Positions 51,631-64,000 of a stretch of 64,000 bases of DNA are shown piece by piece. Origin of the DNA: Setoptus koraiensis (taxonomy: Eukaryota; Animalia; Arthropoda); assembly GCA_048013815.1 (NCBI GenBank), contig CM106585.1:13888001-13952000 (forward strand), given 5' to 3'. Each line of letters opens with the position of its first letter. Position 1 is the first letter of the stretch. The notes beneath the pieces were generated by a model that was given only the letters and a program-made list of their open reading frames with translations, made no database searches and had not been told where the DNA came from. A program made the translations under genes and the position numbers.

Positions 51631-53534
51631 CCGCCAGATTTCAAGTTCTCGCCAACAACAACACACTCGGCTGCGATTCGCTGGCCCGTTCGCTCGCCAA
51701 TCGCTCACCTGGCCACTCGCAACATGCGACGCTGTCCACAGTTTCGCCCAAGGATGACCGACACTCCAGTGGTCAGTGGATGCACCTGTTGCTCATGCTG
51801 TCGTTGTTGCTGTTGTCGGTGCTGTTGTCGTTGTTGCTGCTGCTGTTGTTGCTGTTGCCGGCGCTGATATACCTGTTAGTGTCAGCAGTGGCTGCCAACA
51901 GCAACAGCAACAGGTACTTTTTATTTTTTATGCGAGCCGCCTGTTGCGTTCGCGTTCTTTTCTCATGCGTATCATCTGTGTGCTGCTGCTGTTGTTGTTG
52001 TCGTTGTTGTTGTCGTCGTTGTTGTCGTATCGTTGGGACACAACATTGATTGCGTCGGCGCAATTAGCCCACTAGACCAGCGGCCGGCCGGCCAGCATCA
52101 TCAAATAACGGGCACCGGCTACGGCCACTGGACATGGCTCAAGTCTGGCCTGGTGACGGTAATTGGGCGCGATTGTTTTTTCCCTCTCTCCCTCGGCTCT
52201 TCTCTGGCCACTCGCTGGTCAGTTGCTGGCCACTCGCTGGTCAGTCGCCGGCCAGTCGCTGGCCAGACGCTGGCCAATGGTCACTAGTTGCGACTGTCGA
52301 GCTTGTGAAGTGGCGCTGTTAATCAATGTTTGTCATTGCACAAACTGCTCACTTGACTCTATGGTCACTCCGACTTGCCAGCGACAGCGAAACCAACAAC
52401 AACAGCAACAGCGACAACGACAGAAGCGGCAACAACAACAACAACGACGACGACGACAACAGTGTCCACAAACACTTAATAGAGGGAGAAATTTTGAGAA
52501 GTTTCTAGCGCAGCGCAGAAATGGGAGCACTGGAAAGTGAGTATCGGCAATTTTGCTGGCGTTGGCTCGCGAGTCGCCACCGAGTCGGCAAACATCGCTC
52601 AGCCCCGAGACCCGAGACTCGACGAGACTCTCGCATCAACAGTTGGCTGCATGTGATTTGTTGTCCGCTCCAACTGGCGATTGTGCCCTATCGACGGCGC
52701 CACAAATGCAAGGTAGCGTGTGCAAGAGATAGAAATAGAAAAGCATTTTGTTTCGTTTCTCTTCTTTTCGTTTCGTTTCGAATCGTTTCGTCTCGATTCG
52801 TTTCGTTTTTTCCTCTCAGCGCTCGCCTGGGCTCTCTAAACTCAGTTTAAATTGTCGTCTATTGGTGCAACAGCAGCCACCGTTGATAGCAGCGTAACCG
52901 TTGCTGCTGGTGTAACTGTCCATAGATGATGAAAAGATGATGACTCCAGCGGCCGCTATTGTTGCCGCACTGGACACAGTGGCAGCCCCACACAAACCAT
53001 ACGCAATACGCAACACAAATGACGCAATACCTACACTGGAAGCAGCACCAACAACAACAACGACAGGTAGCGAGTCATTGTTGTCACTGTCAGCTGAGCT
53101 TGCGAGTTATGATAACTGCGCTGTCATAACTGGCAACCGTGCCAGTTATCGGCGATCTTTGCCACTCTGACCGATTTTGCATCTTCGATCAGTTTGCGTC
53201 GGTCGCTTCGATCAGTTTGCGTCGGTTTGAATCAGTTTTGATCGCGCTGGAGCGCGCTGGATCAAATTGGCCATATTGCACTCGGGTCGATGCGAACGAA
53301 CTCAATGGCAACTATGCCAGATATGACTCGTCGGTTGCTCACCTGTCGACACTTGTTGTGCATGGGCTTGTGTCGAGCACTCGCACTCACCTGTCCAGTG
53401 CTCAGGTATCGAGTGTCCGAGTGGCTGGCAGCCACTGGCAAGCCGAGTCGACGCGATGGCCACAACAATATGATATCAGTGATTCAACTTTCAACTCTCA
53501 CTCATACACTTACTCACTATTTTCGGCCATTCTC

Positions 53535-53592
53535 ACAACGACGACAACGACGACAACGACGACAACGACGACAACGACGACAACGACGACAA
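53535..53592 (+). repeat. 9-bp repeat ACAACGACG x6
   Basis: Six identical units. Confidence 0.95.
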
Positions 53593-54484
53593 TAACCGTC
53601 TCACAAATTGCGAGTCACAATAGCGACAACCGCATACAGCGCCATGCAACAGTGAGCGGAATTGTCGGGACCCGTTCACATAAATAATAGCACACATAAA
53701 TATCGCCGGCGGCCGCCTAGCCAGTCACTGGCCACGGGTAGCCGGGTGGCCAGTGGCCGCGTGGGCGTCACTTTTGCCCGCCATCCCGAAGGCTCTTGGG
53801 AGGGCGATCCCGAGGGCGACCATGAAGGCGATCCGCTCGGGCAAACTGCGAGTGCCCATTTGTGCAGCTCGATTGCGGGTAGCGGGTTGTGACAGCGGGC
53901 AGCAGTATCATAACAACACAAGTAGTTAGTTGTGTGACCATGAGAAAAAGTGTCAAACTAATAGCATACGAGCTTACGTAATAGTCGCATTGGCAAAGGT
54001 TAATTCACAAAAGTTTCCTTGTGTGGCCACTGGCCAGCACTGCAAAAGTTGTTGTGTTGCTACTAATTCACTAACTAAAGTACTCATAAGTAAATAACGG
54101 CGCTGTTGTGCAACAACTTTCCAAGCCAATGACGTAACTGGCGTTTGTGTCGTATGGCGTTGCTCAATAGTCATAGACTCATAGACTATGAGTCTTCATA
54201 GACTTTGGATGGCCGAATTGTCCAGTTACAATATGGAGTGAATCTGTTCTTGTTGTTGCACAGTTATGTAACTGGCGACAAGTGTGAGTGCTGCTGGGCA
54301 ACCTGTAATTTGCCAATTACATTATTGCCCAGCAGCGCAAGTTGGCACCCATCGCTGGCGAGCAAACAGCCCACAGTCAGCCGGTTCGGCAGGGCTAAAT
54401 TGGAGCTAGAGATTTAGATTTTATAAGAAAGATTTTGCCATTTATCTGGCCGCTCGAAAGCTGCAAAACAATTGTTGGTTAGTT

Positions 54485-54536
54485 ATATAACACGGTGATA
54501 TAACACAGTGATATAACACAGTGATATAACACAGTG
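54485..54536. repeat. 13-bp repeat ATATAACAC(A/G)GTG x4
   Basis: Units at 54485, 54498, 54511, 54524. Confidence 0.95.
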
Positions 54537-55139
54537 CAAGTCGGAGAAAAGTTAAACTTTGTGGAAAAAAGTTGCTCGGCGACACAGTTTCGCCAGATAT
54601 TGTATACTGTATATACTTGTAATGTGCTGAATCACATTATTGGATACTACGGTGTACAGACAATAATGAATGGTAATAATGAGTAGTAATCAATCTGTTT
54701 ATTGGTGACCTCTATACACATATTATATAATATGTAATATTATACATGTACTGATATGATTTGGTGCGAAAATTGTTGTTAATATTGATTCAATCAAACG
54801 AGTAGTTTCTGTGCACTGTAATTGCCTGTTTCTTGCTCACTATTTACATCATTTATTTTCATCTATCATCATGATATTATCATGCCAGCCAATTAGCATA
54901 ATAGTCACGATGATCGTAATAATCGTCGTAATGCGACATTACGACACATACGTTATAGTAGTAATAGAGATGATCAATTGTTTCAACGGTGGCCACCAAC
55001 AGTGGTAGTATCAGTATTAATTGGATCACATGTGTTTGTCTGATGGCCAGGCGGCCTCATTAATGATGAGCTTGCCATTGTGAGCTCATTCGTCTGACAT
55101 GTCCATGGCTTTGTAGTCCGTTCTCATCACCTTCACATC

Positions 55140-55197
55140 CAGTATCACCTGTCGGCGCACAGTATCACCTGTCGGCGCACAGTGTCACCTGTCGGCG
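55140..55197. repeat. 20-bp repeat CAGTATCACCTGTCGGCGCA x3
   Basis: Two identical units and one variant. Confidence 0.92.
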
Positions 55198-55462
55198 GCC
55201 GCTTGGCGACGGTGCATACTGTGTAATACACAGACTGTATAATAGAGTGTATATGAAGTGCACAAGGTCCTTGTTAATTGTCCTTGTAATTGGGTTTGTG
55301 TGTGCATTTTGTCGCAATGTCGTGGTTGCAATGTCGTCGCATTGGCGACTTTGTGTCTGTCTGACTGCAACTGTCAACTGTCAACTGTCATGTGTCGACT
55401 GTCATGTGTCGACTGTCAACTGTCAACTGTCATGTGTCGACCGTCATGTGTCCGCTGTCAAA

Positions 55463-56719
55463 TCAAGTCGCTGTGTCCATTTGATCTAGAATATCGGTTG
55501 CATCATCGTCGGTTGCATCAGCCAATTGAGCTAATCCTTCTTCTTGTGGTTTGTTGTCGTTCGCCCCTGTTTCTGGCCTTTGCCTACTCGTTGTGGTTGT
55601 TGTTGTTGTTGCTTCATGACGCTGCTCATTATCATCAACAGCAACAGCAGCAGCAGCGGTGGCGGCGGTCTGGGTTGCATCATCGCCGGCAGCATCATCA
55701 CATTTGTTGTCATAGAAACATGTTTGTGAATTCAACGACGACGCTTCCAACTTAAACTGCGATGACGCAACAGAGCAAACACAAACATTGTCGCTGTCTG
55801 CTGCTGTCGTCGTCGTCGTCGTCGTCGTCTCATTTTCTGTCGCTGTCGGCTCTTCCACGCCTATACCTTGTATAATTGCCATGGCACAGGTGAGCGCATC
55901 AGGTAATCTTGTCAACTTTCGCACTGGCGCATTACTGTCCAGTTGTTGTTGTTGTTGCTGCTGCTGTTGTTGTTGTTGTTCCGTTGTTTGTGTTTCGCGT
56001 TTCTTGAGGTTGGCGTCTTGGCGTTGGTCTTGTTTTGGCGCCGCTGACGCTAGCATCACCAACTGCTGTTGCTCGTCCGCAGAACACGATTGATTCACTA
56101 GATCACTTTGGTCCTCATTCACCTGTTGCTCATTCACTTGTTCCTCCATCCACGCATATTGATTTTGATCCGTTGCTGGTTCACTGCTCGTCGTCGTCGT
56201 TTTGTTGTTGGGTTCGTTGAAGCTCGTGATGCCAGAAATTGAGTTAATCAGCCGTTGTTGCTCGTCACACGATGAATGATGATGCTGATGATGATCTGTC
56301 AAATCGCTCGATGACGAGTTTGACAGATTTAGCAAGGTACAAACGGCGCTTTGATCGTACTGATCACCGTTGTTGTCGCTTGTCATTTGTTTTGCTGCCG
56401 TGGTAAATGTGGCCAGCGCCTCTTGGTGGTTGTGCGAATCCGTTGCCGGCTCATTAGTTTGTTGCATACGGCCGCCAGGTAACAGGCCCATGTAGCACAG
56501 GTGAGGTTGCAGTGTCCAAAGAGTGTAATCGTTGGTTGTGTTGTTGTGTTGCTGATGATCGCCGCAAAACGGGTCGCTTGTCGAGCTTGCACAATTAATT
56601 TGCCCTGCGCTTTGTTCATTGGCAAACGTAGTCAAATATTGTTGTTGTTGTTGTTGTTGTTGCTGCTGCTGCTGCACCAAATAGACGCTGTCTATTGTGA
56701 CACGTGATAATAATTGCAT
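55463..56719 (-). CDS. Orphan Q/T/D-rich low-complexity protein, about 418 aa
   Basis: Stop-free frame 55463-56749, first ATG at 56719; short motif-like islands (AVCTLLNLS, QYAWMEEQV, LPDALTCAMAIIQG) between polyQ/T/H runs; no family recognised. Confidence 0.5.
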   Translation of the reverse strand: MQLLSRVTIDSVYLVQQQQQQQQQQQQYLTTFANEQSAGQINCASSTSDPFCGDHQQHNNTTNDYTLWTLQPHLCYMGLLPGGRMQQTNEPATDSHNHQEALATFTTAAKQMTSDNNGDQYDQSAVCTLLNLSNSSSSDLTDHHQHHHSSCDEQQRLINSISGITSFNEPNNKTTTTSSEPATDQNQYAWMEEQVNEQQVNEDQSDLVNQSCSADEQQQLVMLASAAPKQDQRQDANLKKRETQTTEQQQQQQQQQQQQLDSNAPVRKLTRLPDALTCAMAIIQGIGVEEPTATENETTTTTTTTAADSDNVCVCSVASSQFKLEASSLNSQTCFYDNKCDDAAGDDATQTAATAAAAVAVDDNEQRHEATTTTTTTSRQRPETGANDNKPQEEGLAQLADATDDDATDILDQMDTAT

Positions 56720-58035
56720 AATAGCGGTCAGTTTGTTATCAGCACGCAAACGTTAATGAACAGCCATTGGTCAACCGGTGAAACGTTGGTGAAGACAACA
56801 ATGTTATGAGTTATGAAAGAGTTAGTTGTTTGTTGGTTGGTCTCAATTGTCGCTAGGATATCAACGCGCTGCGATATGTCCCGCGTGACAGGTGTCTATG
56901 GTGCACGCTGGCCGATTTGGTCTAATAATTAGACTCTAATTAGAGTTGATCTAACCAAATTCAAATCTAACTTGATTCGAATCTAATTAGATTTGCTCTA
57001 ATTAGATCAAGTCCAGTCAAGTCGATGGGGCCGCGGGATGTAAGCTAAGCTATTTATGTCTATTGCGACCGGCACACATTGACAGCAACAGGTGACTGGC
57101 GAGCTGCGGCGTGTTGTCGTTGTTGCTTTGTGACAATTATGACACATGAGCTGGCAAATTCAAATCTCACACAAATAACGTAACAACAATAGTGTCGCCA
57201 TTGTAAATTAATTATACGCTATCGAGCATGACGGGTATCGTTACGTGGTTAACAAATAAATGGATGCGGTGACATTTGGTTGGAGATGGCTGTGCGCCGG
57301 TCAACTGGTCATTTGCACTAGCACGGACAAACAATAATGATCAGGTATACAATTCAGTAATTGTCGGGCATATAATTCAACAATGATCGGGTATGTAATT
57401 CAATAATGATCGGACATGTAATTCAAATTGGCTAATTGGCTAAGCGACGGGCTCTTCCTCTCGTGGCGGGGCGCTGGCTCTCGTGTGGCGCTACTATCTT
57501 TGTTATTTTTTCTACGTCACAGACAAAACTTGCGATTGCAATTGCGGCCAGTGGTCAGTTGCAAAATCAGAGCTACTGTTTGTGAATTACAACTATCCAT
57601 TGATCGATCATTTAAGCCGTGGGCGATCAATGCGCGCGATTATCGCGCAACACTGCTGCTAAACTGGCGCTTTTCAGCGCTTTCTAAGCGCGGCCATTTC
57701 GACCGGAAATGGCTAATCCAACTCTGACTTGCGCGCCCCTGTTGGTAGTTTCATCTTTCACCGTGGAGCTAGGTGGCGCATCAATTGCGTCATCACTGTC
57801 ACAAAATTTGTCTCAAACAGTGTCAGCCGAGTGTCAGTGGGAGTGCGCGTAGTACGTGTTTGATTGCTCGCAACAAACAACGGTCGTTTGTGGTGCAGCG
57901 CGAGTGCATTTGTCTCACAAATGTGTCAACAATTTGTCAAACAAATTGTTTGTTTGTGTGTGTGTGTGTGTGTGCGTGGGTGTGTGTGTGCGTGGGCGTG
58001 GGCGTGCGTGTACGTGTGCTGTGTACGTGTGCTGA

Positions 58036-61000
58036 CTATATGGCTGCTAGCTTACCATTGGCCGTTGTTGCTGTATTGTACAATTTTGAATTGCTAGACA
58101 TGGCACTGTTGTCCATCGAGTGATGATGATGTGACATATTTGCTGTTGCTGTCGCTTGGTCGCTGCTTGAATAATGAATCATTTTGTTGTGATGATGATT
58201 GGCCGCTGCGTGACCCAACGAGTGACTGTTCAACGACGAGTGACTGTTGTGACTTGTGACACCGGAAGTGGCCACCGCCGCACTTGCCACCGAATGATGA
58301 TACAGGGCGGCCGAAGCGTTCACGGCCGAACTCAGATCGGCATGATGATGATGATGGCCAAGATGATGATGATGATGATGATGACTGTGATGGTGACGGC
58401 TGTACGCCGACTGATGATGATCTAGATAATTGGTGGCATAATTGTGGTTGGAGTGATCGTATCTGCTGGCGCTGGCGGTGCTATTTCCGTTTGCGTTGGT
58501 CGCATTGTAACCAGTTGCGTCCAGTTGCTGATGCGAATTGTAATTGGCATGGTGATGCTGCTGCTGCTGAATTTGATTCGTTGTCACACTTCCGTTGCTG
58601 CTGCCGCTCGACAGGGGCGACTGGTGCGCCAGGCCGTCCGAACCCAAACTGCTGGTGCTGGCATTAGAGGCCGCATAGTGGGCCGCCTGAACGGCAGTGG
58701 CGCTAACAGTGCCAGACGACGTCGACGATGACCCAGTTGCGTAATGTTGCCCAGTTGCGTAATTTCCGGCGCCGGTTTGCTGATTATGCAAATTAGCTGT
58801 TGTTTGCTGCTGCTGCTGCTGTTGATGATGATGTTGCTGCTGTTGCTGTTGTTGGTATTGCTGCTGTTGCTGTTGGTTATATTGGTTGTTTTGGTTGTAT
58901 TGGTGATGTGTATTGCCCCAGTCAGCTGTGCTGTAGGCGCCCGTGCCACTGTTGCCAGAGTTAGGCTGGTTTCCGGTGGTACCGTCGTCGTAGCCTGACT
59001 GTTGTTGTTGTTGTTGCTGCTGCTGCTGATGGCTGCCGTTGCTGCTATCTTGTGATGCAACACCGTTGGGACTGGCTGCCGATGTTGTTGCGGATGTTGT
59101 TGCTGTTGCGGACGATGTTGCTGTTGCCGATGAGGCCGTTGCAGAGGTTGCTGCTGCTGCAGCCGCGGCTGCCGCCGACGCAAACGCTGCCGAAGCGCTC
59201 AACGAGCTGACCGAATTTTGGTCGGGTACTAGGCCCGACGCGGACACCAAGCCGCTCAAACCTCCGCTTGTTGCGGCCGCACTCAAATTGGCCAGGGCAC
59301 CCCAGTGGCCAGTGGCCACGCTGGCCTCCGACGCTGAGTTGGCACCGCTAGAGGCGCCATAATGATGATTGGTGGCGCGGTGGGCGCTTGTGTAAGCGGT
59401 GGCTGCTGTTACCGCGTCAGATGCCGCTGAACTGCTTCCACTGCTTGTTGCACCACCTGTCGGCCAAACACAAGACGAATAGTGATGCAACAATTGTTCG
59501 GGCGCCAGGAAAGAGGCGTGGTGATGTCCCGTGTTGGCTGCGGCGGCTGCCGCCGCTGCTGCAGCTGCCGAGGGGGCCACGTAAGCGGCCGCGGCTGCAT
59601 GGTGATGGTGATAGGCTGATGCGGCGTGATGATGATGATGATGATACCCGTGCTGATGGTGACCAGCTAAGCTGGCCGCGGCATAAGCCGCTGCAGTGCC
59701 ATGATAAATACCCGCCGCATCCGGCCCGACTCCAGTTGCGGCTTGGGCAACGTCCGAGGTTCCAGTGGCATAACCTGTGGCTGTAGCAGTTGCATTGGTG
59801 TTACTGGTGGCAACATTGTTGCTGTTTGTTGCTGCTGCTGCCGTTGTCAGACCGGAAGTAACCGTATTATAAGCACTAGCATGATGATGGTGATGACCAG
59901 CTTGATGATGAGAGGTAGGTGTTACATAATGATGGCCACTTTGATGAGAGGTGGGTGTTACGTAATGGTGGTGATGATGATTGAGACTAGCGGCCGCATA
60001 GGCAGCGGCCTGCAAATGGGCCGAATAGGCATCGACGCCCGATTGTTGGTCTGTTGTTGCCTGTTGCGGTTGTTGTGTGGTTGCATAATTTGAATAATTA
60101 GCTGTAGTATGTTGTAATGTGAGATCGTGGTTTGTGGTTGGGGCCGCTGATGCTGCAGCGGCATCGTCGTCGTCGTTGTTAGACGAAGAGGACGCTGCTG
60201 CAATTGCATTTGCTGATTGGTGATGCCGATGCTGTGACTTAGATGACGATTTCCGGTGATGATGAAACTGTTGTTGGTGGTGATGGTGGTGGTTGTTTGA
60301 CTGATGGACATCATTGGTTGTCATTTGTTGTTGTTGCTGTTGTTGCTGCTGTTGTGAAAACTCCTGACTGCCCGATGAATGGTGATTGGCGCTGGTGGCG
60401 TCCTGCGAAGACCTGTGGCGGCCCCTGAAGGTGAAATTGTCAACCGCTAGTTGAGCGCTATCAGACGCTGCATACTGGTAGCCGGCTTGGTGGTGATCGC
60501 CGGCGACATTGGCCCCGTCCAAGCCGGACAATTGCTGATCGCCGGAATTGTTGTTTATGTGCAGGTAATTATTCATATCATCGTTTTGTTGTTGTTGCTG
60601 CTGTTGCTGTCTCATGGCCGCCTGTTGTTTGTGTTTCTGGCGCTTGGTGGGGCCCGCGGGGGTATTGTCGTTAACTAGACCATCTATACCGGTGGCGCTG
60701 TCGTGCTGATGCGACGATTGTCTCGTCATTCGAGACGATTTGCTGTTGCTCTTCTTGTTTCCGCTTGATTTTGCGCCACCGCTGCTGCTGTTGTTGTGCA
60801 CTTGTTGCGACGACGACGACGACGACGACGATTTGTGGTGCCTCTGGCTGTGTTTGGACGACGAATTGCCACTGGCCGAATGTTTGCTGTTCGCCCTTGT
60901 TTTGTCTCGGTGATGATGCTGTTGCTCGTGCTGAGCATCCAAATCTAAATACGTCTCACCTGTCAGAGTGTCGTCGTCTTGGTCGGCCGTGGTTGTTTTC

Positions 61001-63622
61001 TGGTTGTTGTTGTTGTTGTTGTTGCATGATGCTGTTGTTGTTGATGTGGATGACATTTCATTGATGAGTAAGTCTCTGTCATTTTTTATGTGGTGGCCGG
61101 CGCCGCTAGGCGATAATAATAAGCCGCCGCCGCCAGTTGTGTTTCGGCTTTTGAAATAGTGTCCGCCACTAGGTGGCGACACCGACTCCGGATTGTGCCC
61201 AGGCGATCCAATAGATGGCGCACCCGTTGCCGGTAAGCCGGGCGTAACGCTAGAGGCGGGCGACGACAATGTTGACGAGAATCTATCACATGCCATAATA
61301 CGATCATTGATTGCACTTAGGCCCCCATCTAAATAGGTCACCTTGAAATCCATGGTGCGCTTGCCCAGCAGATCGCGGCCCTCCTCCTCCCTGTGCAAAC
61401 CGGAAGTACGAAGAAATTGGGCGAGAAGATCGGGGCGGTTAGAGACAATTCACACTGACAATTTGGTCGCCGCGTCCGGCCCGTCACCGGGACCCGACGA
61501 GCGACGACGAGCGACGACGGGCGACGACGGGCCCGACAAGTAGAGGCGAGGGTACTCACATGAGGGGCCGATGGGTGCACAAAATAAAGTCCGGCTTGCT
61601 GTTTTTGTAGTACAACTTTGCGCTCGTTTGCAGCCACTGATACTTTCCCGTTTGTGTTACCATTCTGTAGGCTATGAGGCCAGAGGCACCCGTTTTGAGC
61701 ACTGCCGTTTGGTGCGACCGGTAATTAGCGAAACAATTAATTATTTAGATGTCGATATGCAGCGCATTAGTATATAGTGTATACTAATATAATAGTATAG
61801 TGTGCAATGGTGTTGCAAACAGAGTTTCAGCGGCAATAGCACCATCTAGCGGCCGATACTCACATTCTTGGTGGGCCGAGGCCATATAGGACAAATCATC
61901 GTGATGGACTAGATCGTAGGCGCTCAAATTCAACGCATTTTTAGTATTATTTGCATTAACTTGATTATTAGCACTAGTGCCATTTGTGGTAGTTGTAGAT
62001 TGCGCAACAGCAGCATCCCTCGATAGTGCGCCAGTGGTTGCTGTTGTTGTGGTGGTTGGTGTAGTTGTTGAGGTTGTTGTAGCTGTTGTTGGCGTTGTTG
62101 TTGTTGCTGTTGCTGCTGTTGCGTCGTCTATTATTGGCTGGGCTTGTTTGTTGTCGTTGTTTGACAGCAACAACAAATTGTGCAAATCCTGTATACCGAG
62201 CAACAATTTTCCCTTTGAGTCCATGGAAATGACACTCAAATCTAGCCGATGTTTCGACTTGAACACAGACTCTTTTGATGGCATCTCCAATAGTGATGGC
62301 GGCCCAAACGGTATGCAAACACCGAATAGGGCCAATATAGGCTCCTGATTGCCGCTCACGGCCTGATCTGACTTGAGCGGGTGCCCGCCTAGGCCCATCA
62401 TGGGCTGCCCCTGGCCGTGCAATACCTTTATGCGCCCTCTGATGTCCAGGCGCTAAACAATTTTTTCATTGACCAAATTTGATACAACACATATTATATT
62501 AGCATATTATACGGTGAGCAATATTAGATATTATTATATATTATGTTTACCGAAATGGCCGCCAGTGCCATATCGATACGACAGTAACATATTGATCAGC
62601 TGACAGGACAGCGATTGTGGGACAATTGATGCATCCGCAATTGATCACATCATCGTGCCTGTTACATAATGTGTCCAGTGTCCATGATGACGCAATCATG
62701 GGCTGTCATTGTTGAACAGAGCAGTGAGAACATAGCACAGACAATAATGCAAGGATGACAGCCAATGATAATGACATTAAAACAACAGCAACAGCAACAA
62801 CAGCAACAACAACAACAACAACAAATCGATCATCATGATCACGGTTGGGTGCGGCCTTGTTTGGTTTGCCAGCGCCACTTACAACTATCGCTGTTGTTGC
62901 CGGTTGTTGGTTGCCCGTTTGTTGTTGTTGGTTGCCCGTTTGTTGTTGTTGGTTGCCCGTTTGTTGTTGTTGTCGGCGGTGGTGGTGCTGTCATTTTTGC
63001 ACTGCCATTGTCATTGATCTGCATGGGTGCACCACTTAATGGGCTACCGTTGCTCGCCCAAACGCGCCCATCAACAATCGTCGTAAGCGAACGCAAACAA
63101 CAATCGTACACCAATCGCAGTCCGAAATAACAATTGCAACTCAAAATCACTACACTACTTACCAAAAAACCCGACGTGTTGTCCAGTAGACAGCGAAATC
63201 TCACTGTGAAGTTCCTCTCCAACATTTGCCGGTGTTCCTCTGCGATGTGGGCCCACATGAGCCGTCGATCGATTGTTGATAGACGAGACAAATACAAGAA
63301 AATTTGGTCAGCATAAACTATACAACAATACATAAATAAATAACATCATCGCTATATAAAGCTAAATGAAATAAAGGTTGCACGCGCTGGCAAGCTCACC
63401 TGAGTCGAGTACTTGCTGCAGCGACAGCGAGAAGCCGTTGCACTTGTCGCTGTCGGTCCCGTTGGCAGTGTTAGAGTTGTTAGTGGCGCTATTTGTTTGT
63501 TGACCGTGATTGTTGTTTGTAGTAGACGTATTCATGTGAGAGTTCCACATGAGCTGATGCATGAGCTCCTCGCGATCCTCCGAATGCACGAGCTCGTACA
63601 CGCTCTGGTGGCAAATGTCCGA
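58036..63622 (-). CDS. ss: Aryl hydrocarbon receptor / spineless bHLH-PAS factor, 5'-partial; exons 63622-63400, 63239-63163, 62452-61864, 61701-61560, 61390-58036
   Basis: [136 protein letters not shown]; four GT-AG introns with consistent phases 1, 0, 1, 2. Confidence 0.96.
62893..62970. repeat. About 21-bp repeat GGTTGCCCGTTTGTTGTTGTT x3 within the 710-nt AhR intron
   Basis: Read directly from sequence. Confidence 0.85.
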
Positions 63623-64000
63623 CTGTTTCCGGCGACGCGACGCGTCCAGTTGTGTTTTTAACCGATTTGGCGCCACCAAATTCAAAATTTCAAAATTTCA
63701 CAATTTTTCAATTTGCGAATCGTCGGCGCATTCGAATTAGCGAGTTTGCGAGTTTGCGAGTTGCCGGGTTGCCGGGTTGCCGAGATTGCCAATTTCGTGC
63801 GGTTGGGGCGATTCGTTGGATCGGGACGAGAGAAAAAGTTAGAGTCGTGTGATGATGATTTGCACGGCGAGCGTCAAGGTTGCGGCGCCACACAACGGGC
63901 CCCCCATTTGGCGGCCTCGGGCTGCCCGGCGCCGCAATGTGCCGGCGATGCGCCGGCAATGCTCTACCGGGTAGCCCGAAGCGAGCCAGCGAGAGCGGCC

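Noticed and set aside
63623-64000. Upstream AhR exon ending YLGFHQ, or bHLH exons
   Set aside because: Not found within the window; the gene is 5'-truncated by the window edge

Overview
Eukaryotic nuclear DNA from an arthropod, most plausibly a mite. This is inferred from spineless-type AhR and earmuff-type Fezf genes, a Drosophila-like U6 and promoter, and intron-poor genes with mostly 86-170 nt introns, as expected of eriophyoid-type compact genomes. No prokaryotic features, CRISPR array or intact transposon were seen. Recognisable genes in order: a 4-HMG-box TFAM-like gene (+, 1 intron), intronless dynamin (+), Fezf/earmuff (-, apparently only 5 zinc fingers), pumilio (-), U6 snRNA (+), intronless CCDC93 (+), an orphan two-exon signal-peptide protein (+), DCTN3 (-), PRELID1 (+), BCL7 (-), tRNA-Asp(GTC) (+), a 2103-codon low-complexity single-pass membrane orphan (-), a 418-aa low-complexity orphan (-), and the 3' part of AhR/spineless (-, bHLH exons beyond the window). 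The window alternates between tightly packed, AT-rich, repeat-free housekeeping islands and broad GC-richer developmental-gene domains full of CAA/TTG microsatellites and 9-24 bp tandem repeats. These repeats create most of the spurious ORFs in the supplied track. All exon structures were read by hand from splice motifs and frame continuity. Protein identities come from recalled family motifs; no database search was run.
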